NCBI GenBank assembly: GCA_902510055.1
Contig: CABWZY010000001.1
Coordinates: 64,212-128,211 of the forward strand
Length of the DNA stretch: 64,000 bases
Source: an uncultured Candidatus Actinomarina sp.
GTDB lineage: Bacteria > Actinomycetota > Acidimicrobiia > Actinomarinales > Actinomarinaceae
Direction: 5' to 3'
Positions 18,340 through 26,494 of this stretch are shown here, piece by piece. Numbering within the stretch: position 1 is the stretch's first letter; each line of letters starts with the position of its first letter. The position numbers and the translations under genes were made by a program. The notes below the pieces were generated by a model. That model saw nothing but the letters and a program-made list of their open reading frames with translations, was not told the origin of the DNA and did not search any database.

Positions 18340-19455
18340 ATGAAAAGAATATCAATATTCTTAGCTTCTCTAATAATTATTGCTTCATGTGGTGGAAGTG
18401 AGGTCTCTGAAGAGCCTATTCCTACTACTGTTCAAGATACAACCACCACTACGCAACAAGAAACTACTACTGTTCAAGATACAACCACCACTACGCAACA
18501 AGAAACTACTACTACTACTTTGGCAAAAACTGAAGAAAGCCATGAGCAGTGTAAAAAAGGAGATACTAGCGATAAGTGCATGGAGCAGTATAAGCAATTT
18601 TGTGAAGCAAATCCAAATGATGAACAATGTGAAGACTATGACCAATCTAAAATGTCAGAAGGTGATGGGACACAAGGAATGGGTAACATGCCCGGAAGTG
18701 GTTCTATGCCCGCTAGCGATGATCCTCCTTTGCTTAAAAATTTACTAATAGCTAACTGGGGTCCTTATGATCCATCTACAGGAGTATCAGGTGATTTTGA
18801 ATTTAGATCAGACTTACAATTAGTATTTTTTGATGAATTTGGAAGAGTCCACTCAGCAGGTACCCCAGGTGCTTATGACAATCCAACATTTGAATATAAA
18901 GTTCCAAGAGATACATTAGTTTATATACCTATTGATGGTGTTATTGACTTTTTTCAATGGCAGCCAACCTCAAGCTATAAGCAAGATGACTGGGAACTGA
19001 TGATTAAACCTTCAATGAGTAGCGATTGGGCAATCGTAATTGACCATGTTGTAAGTTTAAATTGTGACAGATCAAGTCGTGCTGTTTGCCAAGACCCTCT
19101 TACTGTTAACGGTGCAGAAATATATAGCGGTATGCAGGTTAACGCGGGAGATTTATTAGGGTATGTTGGCAACTATGAAGATGGAGAAGGAGGAAGTGTT
19201 TTCGGTAGAACAGAAATTACTATTGGAAAGTATGTAAGAGCAGGTAATCAACAAGATTTTAACAATTTTTGTCCAACAAACTATTTAGATCCAGGCGTAA
19301 AAGATTCACTGCTGGCTTCAGTAACTGCAATTATGGCTTCTTATGAATCCTGGCTTGGAGATTCTAGTTTTTATGATGAATCTAATATGGTTGCACCGGG
19401 ATGTTGGTATAGCGAGATTTTTGAATCTAATGGAAAGACAACCCCTACAAAGTAA
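18340..19455 (+). CDS. Secreted lipoprotein with a Thr-rich repeat linker and a Cys-rich segment
   Basis: Has a signal peptide with a lipobox (IIIASC), a duplicated VQDTTTTTQQETTT unit, then a Cys/acidic stretch and a roughly 250 aa globular domain of unknown family. Confidence 0.6.
   Translation: MKRISIFLASLIIIASCGGSEVSEEPIPTTVQDTTTTTQQETTTVQDTTTTTQQETTTTTLAKTEESHEQCKKGDTSDKCMEQYKQFCEANPNDEQCEDYDQSKMSEGDGTQGMGNMPGSGSMPASDDPPLLKNLLIANWGPYDPSTGVSGDFEFRSDLQLVFFDEFGRVHSAGTPGAYDNPTFEYKVPRDTLVYIPIDGVIDFFQWQPTSSYKQDDWELMIKPSMSSDWAIVIDHVVSLNCDRSSRAVCQDPLTVNGAEIYSGMQVNAGDLLGYVGNYEDGEGGSVFGRTEITIGKYVRAGNQQDFNNFCPTNYLDPGVKDSLLASVTAIMASYESWLGDSSFYDESNMVAPGCWYSEIFESNGKTTPTK
18424..18507 (+). repeat. Perfect 42-bp tandem duplication inside the lipoprotein gene
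   Basis: The unit actactgttcaagatacaaccaccactacgcaacaagaaact occurs twice back to back. Confidence 0.9.
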
Positions 19456-19478
19456 AATCTTAATATGAGGTTTAAATC

Positions 19479-19937
19479 ATGAGCTTAAGAGATACAATTA
19501 GGATGTCTAAAGAGGAAATTACTAGTTTTCTTCAAAATCAAATTTCTTTACAAATAGGAACAATAAATAAAGACGGGAGCCCTCATCTAACAACAATGTG
19601 GTATCTCTATGATGGTGATAGCTTTATTTTTCATACTTATACAAAATCACAAAAAATTATTAACTTACAAAGAGATTCGAGGATTACTGTTTTAACAGAA
19701 ACTGGTAGTCAGTATTCCGACTTACAAGGAATAATTGTTTATGGAGAAGCAGATATTATAAATGGTAAAGATAGTCCAGAAGAAGTTGTTAAATATATGG
19801 ATATAGTTGGCAATAAGTATATTAAAGGTGAGGATAGTGCACAATATTTAGAAGGTATGAAGCTCCAGGCCCCAAAAAGATCAGTTGTTATTATTAAGCC
19901 TTCAAAGTTTATCTCTTGGGACCATACTAAAATTTAA
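19479..19937 (+). CDS. Pyridoxamine 5'-phosphate oxidase family (PPOX-class) flavin/deazaflavin-binding protein
   Basis: 152 aa with the GTINKDGSPHLTTMWY motif of the split-barrel PPOX fold. Confidence 0.7.
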   Translation: MSLRDTIRMSKEEITSFLQNQISLQIGTINKDGSPHLTTMWYLYDGDSFIFHTYTKSQKIINLQRDSRITVLTETGSQYSDLQGIIVYGEADIINGKDSPEEVVKYMDIVGNKYIKGEDSAQYLEGMKLQAPKRSVVIIKPSKFISWDHTKI

Positions 19938-19941
19938 CTTT

Positions 19942-20196
19942 ATGGATTTTTCTATATTCGGATACTTAGCAGCAGTATGTACAGCTATCTCTTTCTTACC
20001 TCAGGCTATAAAAACAGTTCAAACAAAAAAAACTGAAGGACTTTCTCTAATGACTTATGTATTTTTATTCTTTGGCTCTCTTTTTTGGTTCATCTATGGA
20101 ATTTACAGTAAAGATGTTCCCCTAGTTGCAACAAATACTTTAACAACCGGTTTTACCTTCTTCATTGTCTTTATTATTTTAAAAAATAGAAATTAG
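19942..20196 (+). CDS. SemiSWEET (PQ-loop/MtN3 half-transporter)
   Basis: 84 aa with three TM helices. FLPQ..K....T.G.S and WF.YGI..D.P...N motifs match bacterial SemiSWEETs. I chose the internal ATG just after the PPOX stop. Confidence 0.8.
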   Translation: MDFSIFGYLAAVCTAISFLPQAIKTVQTKKTEGLSLMTYVFLFFGSLFWFIYGIYSKDVPLVATNTLTTGFTFFIVFIILKNRN

Positions 20197-20204
20197 TTAA
20201 TAAT

Positions 20205-20348
20205 TTATTTGTTTCCCTGGTTTAATTTATAAGGGTTTGGTGACGGTGGGCAGCCTGGAGGACAGTATGGTTGAATATCTCGAGATTCTCCACTCCCAGA
20301 ACAAGACGTCAATAAAAGTAGTGATAGAAGTAGACTTCCTTTTTTCAT
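20205..20348 (-). CDS. Small Cys/Pro-rich lipoprotein (47 aa, below the ORF-track cutoff)
   Basis: Hand translation gives MKKGSLLLSLLLLTSCSGSGESRDIQPYCPPGCPPSPNPYKLNQGNK. It has a lipobox (LLTSC). Its ATG overlaps the upstream TAA (TAATG). The stretch is locally GC-rich in an AT-rich genome. Confidence 0.5.
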   Translation of the reverse strand: MKKGSLLLSLLLLTSCSGSGESRDIQPYCPPGCPPSPNPYKLNQGNK

Positions 20349-20761
20349 TATTGTTTATTTAAATCTAAATATTCTTTCAAACCTTCTAAATCATCAACAA
20401 TTTTTTTACCAAATTCGAATAATCCCCATGTAAAGTTATTTATTGGTTTAACATTATTTGCGTTTACTCCTATTAGTTCTTTACCTTTTGCATATGAGTA
20501 GCCTACCTCAGCAGCAGTTCCGGAGTCTACATCCCTACCTGTTAATAAAGCTACAACTATATCCGCAGAGTCTAAATATTCCATATCTACATCAAATACT
20601 TTCACTCTTTTTTCTAAAGTAAACTCACCAGTAATAAGACCGGCGTCTCTATGAGGTAAAAAAACATCATATGAATAACTTTCAAGAATCTCTGCTATTT
20701 TTTCTAAATAACTTCTTTCATGGTCATCAAATAATGGTCCTGCTACGTAAACTTTTTTCAT
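20348..20761 (-). CDS. Nucleoside 2-deoxyribosyltransferase-like protein
   Basis: Has a VYVAGPLF N-terminal motif and DSGTAAEVGYSYAKGK, the pattern of the NDT/Rcl family. Confidence 0.7.
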   Translation of the reverse strand: MKKVYVAGPLFDDHERSYLEKIAEILESYSYDVFLPHRDAGLITGEFTLEKRVKVFDVDMEYLDSADIVVALLTGRDVDSGTAAEVGYSYAKGKELIGVNANNVKPINNFTWGLFEFGKKIVDDLEGLKEYLDLNKQ

Positions 20762-21477
20762 ACTTCCATTCTATTTAATAGTTCTTTAATCTGCCTAAGA
20801 CTTTTGTAATTTAACACCTCTTCTGTCATTGAGTTGATACTCTCTAAAATTCTTATATCCCAAACTTCAGCTAAAGGTAATACATCAACTTTAATAAAAA
20901 ATATACTTGTTAAGTTGTCTATTGGTGCTGTTGTCTGTGTTTCAACTCTAAAATATAAATTTTCAAAGATACTGGCTTCTGTTTTTTCAAAATCTGGGTA
21001 CTCGCTTAAGTTTTTGCTTGTAGTTATTGTCCAAACCCACCTCTTTATGCTTTGTTTAGTCATATAATCTGAAAGCTTGTCGCTTGCTCTTATCAACTGT
21101 TCGCTATCAGCAATTGGTTCATGAATAGCTGAAAGGTGTTTCCCAAGCTTCTCTTTCGGTACCCAACCACTCGGAAAACAAACTGAAACTAACTCCATCT
21201 TTCCTTTATGCATAATTGCAAAATCTTCTTCAAGTCTTGTTGTTGTTTCTATTAAAGATAAGGTGTTGTCTAAATTACAAAATTTTAGAAATTTTTCTCT
21301 TAAATGTTCTTCTTTTGAAATTTTTGTTTCACCATATAATTTTTCACCATATAAATCTAATTGCTTCTGTTTTTCTGCCAAATATCTTTCACTAGGATTC
21401 TGATTGTAAGCAGGTCCTTCAAGTCTTGTCATAGATGGGTTATTTGTAAAAGGGGTTTTAACATAATCAATATTCAT
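20758..21477 (-). CDS. DUF3445-like protein (heme-dependent oxidative N-demethylase-like family)
   Basis: The pattern VCFPSGWVPKEKLGKHLSAIHEPI ... RWVWTI resembles the DUF3445 core (cFPs.W...K.G..l..IH.P; R.nW). It overlaps the next gene by 4 nt. Recognised by eye only. Confidence 0.45.
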   Translation of the reverse strand: MNIDYVKTPFTNNPSMTRLEGPAYNQNPSERYLAEKQKQLDLYGEKLYGETKISKEEHLREKFLKFCNLDNTLSLIETTTRLEEDFAIMHKGKMELVSVCFPSGWVPKEKLGKHLSAIHEPIADSEQLIRASDKLSDYMTKQSIKRWVWTITTSKNLSEYPDFEKTEASIFENLYFRVETQTTAPIDNLTSIFFIKVDVLPLAEVWDIRILESINSMTEEVLNYKSLRQIKELLNRMEV

Positions 21478-21508
21478 TAATATTAATTTTATAGAGAAAA
21501 GAGAAAAA

Positions 21509-22249
21509 TTGGGAAATACTGGAGTTTTGTTATTACACGGCTTATTTGAACATAAAGGTAGACAAAAAATAAATGCGGAATGGTTTGAAAAATTAAATAT
21601 TCAACCACACTTAATCGACCTGCCTGGACACGGTAGAGAGACAAACAATAAGGGCGATATAGGTTCCTGGGAAGAAAATAGCTCAGCTGTTGTTAGTGGG
21701 TTTAAAAATATTCAAAATGTCGAGAAAAAAATACTTTTTGGTCATTCTTATGGTGGTCTTGTTGCTGCAGATGCTGTATTAAAAGAAGTAGTAAAGCCTG
21801 ACTACTTAATACTCTCAGCCCCTCTTTTCCAAGACAATTATCCTAAATTTATTAGAAATCTTTCAAGTCCAATGGCAAAAATCGCACCAAAATTTAGATC
21901 TCCTTCTCCTGTAACAAAAAAGAATATTTCAACAGATAAAAGTGTTGCTGAAGATTACTTTAAAGACCCTTTAGTTTTCCGAAGCCTTACCTTTAGATTG
22001 GGATATGCAATAACTCAAGCTCAGGATTTTGTAAATGACAATATAGAAAAGTTGAGCATTCCAACAATTGTTCTTCATGGAAAAGGAGATTCCATAGTTC
22101 CTATTACTGGTTGTAACAAAATCTCTAAATTAAATAATGTTACTTTTATTGAAGTTGAAAATTCAAAACATGAAATTTTGAATCAAGACACAAGACCTTT
22201 CGTCTTAAGTGAAATACACCAGTGGTTAAAAGAAAATAAAATTATTTAG
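21509..22249 (+). CDS. Alpha/beta hydrolase (lysophospholipase/monoacylglycerol lipase-like)
   Basis: Has an LLHG oxyanion region, a GHSYGG nucleophile elbow and a C-terminal H.. motif. Confidence 0.8.
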   Translation: MGNTGVLLLHGLFEHKGRQKINAEWFEKLNIQPHLIDLPGHGRETNNKGDIGSWEENSSAVVSGFKNIQNVEKKILFGHSYGGLVAADAVLKEVVKPDYLILSAPLFQDNYPKFIRNLSSPMAKIAPKFRSPSPVTKKNISTDKSVAEDYFKDPLVFRSLTFRLGYAITQAQDFVNDNIEKLSIPTIVLHGKGDSIVPITGCNKISKLNNVTFIEVENSKHEILNQDTRPFVLSEIHQWLKENKII

Positions 22250-22302
22250 TAAGCTTTTTGCAAATCTGTTGCAATAAGAACCATCGCTTTTATAATTTAG
22301 TT

Positions 22303-23229
22303 ATGCATGTACCTGATGGATTTATCAATGCTCCAGTTTCGATTGGATCAGGAATTGTTAGTTTTGTTACTTTATGGGCTTATATTAGAAGTGCTAAAAG
22401 TTTGGTTGCAGATAAATTAATAGCTTTAACAGGTATGATGTCTGCTTTAATTTTTGTTCTTCAAATGATAAATTTTCCAATAGCGGCTGGCACTAGTGGC
22501 CATTTACTTGGAGGTGCTTTGGCTGTAATAGTTTTAGGTCCTAATCTAGGAATTATTTGTATCTCAATTGTGGTTGTTATTCAATCCTTACTGTTTGCTG
22601 ATGGCGGATTAAGTGCTTTAGGAATAAATGTTCTCAATATGGCAATAATCACTTCTCTAGTTGGCTGGTTAACAATTTCTTTATGGAAAAAATTATTTGG
22701 AGAAGCCAATGTTTCTATACTTTCAGGATCTATTGTTGCTGGAGTTTTATCAGTTATATTTTCTTCAATAGCTTTTGTATTTGAATATGCTCTTGGTGGG
22801 ACTGTCTCAGTTCCTTTAGGTAAAGTCTTAATTGCAATGCTGTCATCTCATCTTCTAATTGGACTAGGTGAAGGAGTTATAACAGCACTAATTGTTTCTT
22901 TACTATTAAGAGTAAGATCTGACTTGGTCTATATAAAAACTGATGAAAATACAAAAAATAATAAATCTACTTTTTATGGATTGTTTCTATTTTTATTACT
23001 TTGCCTTACTTTAGTAACCCCATATGCCTCGTCATCTCCTGATGGATTGGAATCTGTTGCTAATGATTTTGGATTTTCTGAGAGTACTGGAATAGTTTTA
23101 TTATTAGAAGATTACGGTATATCAAGTTTAAATAACAACTTCTTATCAACAGCACTCAGTGCTGTACTTGGAGTAGTTGTAATCATAGGCTTTAGTAATA
23201 TTGTTTTAAAATACCGAAAAAAGATTTAA
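22303..23229 (+). CDS. cbiM: CbiM/NikM-type ECF metal-transport component fused to a PDGLE (CbiN-like) domain
   Basis: Has the MHVPDGF N-terminus characteristic of CbiM/NikM, multiple TM segments, and a C-terminal SSPDGLESV (PDGLE) motif plus a final TM. I used the internal ATG. Confidence 0.8.
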   Translation: MHVPDGFINAPVSIGSGIVSFVTLWAYIRSAKSLVADKLIALTGMMSALIFVLQMINFPIAAGTSGHLLGGALAVIVLGPNLGIICISIVVVIQSLLFADGGLSALGINVLNMAIITSLVGWLTISLWKKLFGEANVSILSGSIVAGVLSVIFSSIAFVFEYALGGTVSVPLGKVLIAMLSSHLLIGLGEGVITALIVSLLLRVRSDLVYIKTDENTKNNKSTFYGLFLFLLLCLTLVTPYASSSPDGLESVANDFGFSESTGIVLLLEDYGISSLNNNFLSTALSAVLGVVVIIGFSNIVLKYRKKI

Positions 23230-23433
23230 AAGTGGGAAAAAATAATTAATTTTTTTTTGATTTCATAAATATTTTTATATATCTTTAAATTAACTTTTTG
23301 TGAAGAAAATCTTTATAGATGATCATTACAAGAAGGGTTAGAGATAACCCTTGAAACAAGTTAATTCAGGAAACTGAAGAAGCGGAGTATTCAAGGGTTT
23401 TCTCATTTTATGGAGTATTAAACTTAGCTGTAT

Positions 23434-24012
23434 ATGAAAAGCTATTCTTCGTTAAAAAATTTAAACAAAGCATGTATTAAATGTAATTCTTGTGGGCTTT
23501 CAAAAACTAGAAAAAATGTGGTTGTTGGAAAAGGCAATGAAGCAGCACATATTGTAATAATTGGAGAGGCCCCTGGTGAACAAGAAGATATTACTGGCCA
23601 ACCTTTCGTTGGGAGAGCTGGCAAAATGCTAGATACGGTACTCTCATCTGTTGATATAGATCCTCTGAAAGATTGCTATATAACAAATATTGTAAAATGC
23701 AGACCTCCTAATAATCGAAAACCAAGCTCTAGTGAATCTGAGGCTTGTATGCCGTGGTTAACTGAACAAATTAATTTATTGAGGCCTAAAATTATTATCC
23801 TTGCTGGGTCAACAGCCGTTCAATCTTTTCTTGGAATCAAAGAACCTATATCAAAAATAAGAGGCAAATGGATTGAGAAAGATAATATAAAATATATGCC
23901 TATTTTCCACCCTTCTTACTTGCTTAGAAATCCTTCAAAAGAAAAAGGGAAACCAAAATGGCTAACTTGGCAGGATTTACAAAAAGTTAAAAAAGAATTA
24001 AATTCTATTTAA
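23434..24012 (+). CDS. Uracil-DNA glycosylase, family 4
   Basis: Has a C-x2-C cluster N-terminus, the GEAPGEQEDITGQPFVGRAGKMLD motif and a HPSYLLRNP C-terminal motif. Confidence 0.85.
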   Translation: MKSYSSLKNLNKACIKCNSCGLSKTRKNVVVGKGNEAAHIVIIGEAPGEQEDITGQPFVGRAGKMLDTVLSSVDIDPLKDCYITNIVKCRPPNNRKPSSSESEACMPWLTEQINLLRPKIIILAGSTAVQSFLGIKEPISKIRGKWIEKDNIKYMPIFHPSYLLRNPSKEKGKPKWLTWQDLQKVKKELNSI

Positions 24013-24923
24013 GTAGTAAATTCTTCTTTAGTGCTTATAACTAATGATATAAATATAAATATTCCAGAAATAATAATATTTCTATTAAATACTTCGTTAA
24101 GAAAAACTACTCCTGCTGTAACTCCTATTATCGGTACTAGATAATCAACGGTTGCTACCAACAATGCGCTGACTCTTTGAATCAACCAAGTAAATGACAT
24201 AAAAGCTCCTAAGTTAAAAACAACTAAAATTAATAATCTTAGTTTCTGACTGAAGTCAAGAGGTTCTATCCCAACACCTGAAATCAAAAATGCAGCCAGT
24301 GAAAGTACGAATACTAAGGGGTACTGGTATGTTAACCAACTAGTTACTTTATATTTTGGGGCATATTTTCTATTTAGAACAGTAGCAAAAGCAATACCTT
24401 GAACTCCAACGAAAGCTAGGGATCCTCCTAGAAAAATATCTCCTTGATTTAGTAAACCTGTTTCTCTTGATATAAATAAATATGCAATACCTGAAAAGCC
24501 TGTTGCTATAGCAATATACTTAGAAGTCGAAATTTTTTCTTCCTTGAGTAATATTTTTAACCACATAACAGTAAAAACTGGTGCTGAGCTGATCATTAGA
24601 GTTACTAAGCCAGAAGAAATATATTGAAGAGAGAAAATAAATGACCAACCTACAATAAAGATTGAGAAAAAGCCTGTGAAAGAGGCTTCTTTTAGTTGTT
24701 TTATGTTAATTTTTTCTCTATTAAAAACTAAATAATAAGTAAAAAGTAGAGATCCTATTATAGAAACCCTTGCTGTTACAAGAAATATTTCATTTACTCC
24801 TTCTATCAAGAGGCTTCTTGAAATAACATTACTAGAAGCCCACATGAACGCAGCTGCAAATAGGCAAGTAACTGTTTTAAAGATTGATGGTTTCTCTAAT
24901 AGAATTGTTTTTGGGTTGCCCAT
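24009..24923 (-). CDS. EamA/DMT-family transporter
   Basis: About 10 TM segments, 304 aa, with duplicated EamA-like halves. Confidence 0.7.
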   Translation of the reverse strand: MGNPKTILLEKPSIFKTVTCLFAAAFMWASSNVISRSLLIEGVNEIFLVTARVSIIGSLLFTYYLVFNREKINIKQLKEASFTGFFSIFIVGWSFIFSLQYISSGLVTLMISSAPVFTVMWLKILLKEEKISTSKYIAIATGFSGIAYLFISRETGLLNQGDIFLGGSLAFVGVQGIAFATVLNRKYAPKYKVTSWLTYQYPLVFVLSLAAFLISGVGIEPLDFSQKLRLLILVVFNLGAFMSFTWLIQRVSALLVATVDYLVPIIGVTAGVVFLNEVFNRNIIISGIFIFISLVISTKEEFTT

Positions 24924-24974
24924 TTTGTTAGCCTAACATTAATAGAAAGTAACCAAAATGGTTCCAGCTTTGGT

Positions 24975-25075
24975 ACAATATTTAAAACGGGAGCAAAGGC
25001 TGAGAGGGTTTTAAAACCGACCGTAAGAACCTGTTGGATAATTCCAACGAAGGGAAGTCAGTACTTTATTCCTAA
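24975..25075 (+). promoter_or_regulatory. TPP (THI-box) riboswitch
   Basis: The sequence ACGGGAGCAAAGGCTGAGAGGG...ACCGACCGTAAGAACCTGTTGGATAATTCCAACGAAGGGAA matches the conserved GCUGAGA, ACCUG and CG(U/A)AGGGAA elements. It lies in the 5' UTR of the symporter gene. Confidence 0.8.
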
Positions 25076-25101
25076 ATAGTTATAAGGGAAAAGTTGTAGA
25101 A

Positions 25102-26466
25102 ATGAATTCACTTCTAGCCTATGTAGTAATTTTATTAATTTTGATTTTGGTTTATATCAGAACTACAAAAATAAAGTCCACACAAAAAGAATACTTTGTA
25201 TTAAATAAGTCAGAAAATGTTTTGGGAATCTCTTTGAGTTTCTATGCAAGCGGAATGGGTTTATGGATTCTTACTTCGCCTGCTGAAGTTGCTTGGTGGG
25301 GTCTAGGTTATGATGTAATTGGTTATGCGATATCTGCTGCAACACCTTTTTTATTGTTATATTTTCTTGGCCCAAAAATTGCAAAATTAACACCCGATGG
25401 AGCTACTCTTCCACAATTTATTCAGATTAGATACGGAAGGAAAGCTCAAATAATAGTCTCTTTGATTGCAATAATCTATATGAGTGCTTTTTTAGTTGCT
25501 GAATTTGCTTCTATAAATTTTCTTTTTCCAACAATTGCAAATGTTTCAGGTTTAAGGGTAATGATTTTTGTTGGTGTATTTACTTATACATATCTAAAAA
25601 AATCTGGTTTTAAAGCATCATATGTAACAGATAAGTTACAAGGTGTTGCAATCGTCGTTTTGCTTATAGTTTTGTTTAGTCTTTGGTTTAGCCAGAACAG
25701 CTTTTCAGAAATTATTAGTTACTCAAAACAAGCTGGTCTGACTACTTTTAAAACATTTAGTTTAAAATCTGCACTTGCAGTTATTTTAGCTGTTACAGCT
25801 GCTGAAATATTTTCTCAAGGGTATTGGCAAAGAACTTTTTCAGCAAAAAACGAAACCACTATAAAAAAGGCATCTCTAATTTCTGCAACCGGTGCGTTTA
25901 TAACAATTCTACTTCTTGGGGTTGCTGGCGATGTTGGTGCTGGTAAAGGCCTTGAAAACCCAACCCTTAGCTTTATTGGTCAGCTCGACCTAAATATATT
26001 TTCATCAATTTTGCTACTATCACTTTGTACTCTATTGGTTACATCTAGTATTGATACTCTAGAAAATGCAATATCTTCAACAATTTCTTTGGACCTTATT
26101 CGAAAAGGACCAAAAGAAGCTCAGTATATAACTTTAGCTATTATTCATTTTGCAATATTTGCTTCACTCTATGTAAATAATATATTTTCAGTTTTTCTTT
26201 TAGCTGATCTTCTCGCTGTTTGTTTAGTTTTCCCTGCCTTCTATAAAATAAAAAGCAAAACCAAAGATCTCTTTCTTTTAATCCCTTTTGTTTTTTCCTT
26301 GTTTACTGTTTTTATTTATAGATATATGTTCATAGATTTATCGATGAACCCGGGGGGTGTTTTCATACCAACAGACCTATATGGTTTAGCTGATTTAAAT
26401 ACATTTCTTATCGGTTTCTTAAGTTCTACATTTGCCACACTTGCATACAATAAATTTTCAAAATAG
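25102..26466 (+). CDS. Sodium:solute symporter family transporter under TPP-riboswitch control (ThiV-like thiamine-precursor transporter)
   Basis: 454 aa with about 12-13 TM segments and an SSS-like layout. The function is inferred from the upstream THI-box. Confidence 0.6.
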   Translation: MNSLLAYVVILLILILVYIRTTKIKSTQKEYFVLNKSENVLGISLSFYASGMGLWILTSPAEVAWWGLGYDVIGYAISAATPFLLLYFLGPKIAKLTPDGATLPQFIQIRYGRKAQIIVSLIAIIYMSAFLVAEFASINFLFPTIANVSGLRVMIFVGVFTYTYLKKSGFKASYVTDKLQGVAIVVLLIVLFSLWFSQNSFSEIISYSKQAGLTTFKTFSLKSALAVILAVTAAEIFSQGYWQRTFSAKNETTIKKASLISATGAFITILLLGVAGDVGAGKGLENPTLSFIGQLDLNIFSSILLLSLCTLLVTSSIDTLENAISSTISLDLIRKGPKEAQYITLAIIHFAIFASLYVNNIFSVFLLADLLAVCLVFPAFYKIKSKTKDLFLLIPFVFSLFTVFIYRYMFIDLSMNPGGVFIPTDLYGLADLNTFLIGFLSSTFATLAYNKFSK

Positions 26467-26494
26467 ACTTACTTGATAGCTATTAGGAATAATT

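Noticed and set aside
18424-18507. Whether the tandem repeats here and at 43411-43470 could be CRISPR arrays or minisatellites.
   Set aside because: The repeats are directly adjacent with no spacers, are in frame within coding sequence, and no cas genes are present. They are coding tandem duplications.
18380-18748. Two alternative-frame and antisense ORFs with internal repeats (18380-18748 on +, 18385-18645 on -).
   Set aside because: They are shadows of the 42-bp tandem duplication inside the lipoprotein gene. Only the lipoprotein frame has a signal peptide, a lipobox and continuity over 371 codons.
23311-23346. An 11-codon mini-ORF (MIITRRVRDNP) in the UDG leader.
   Set aside because: It has no ribosome-binding site and overlaps the hairpin. 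The RNA-structure explanation is more economical.
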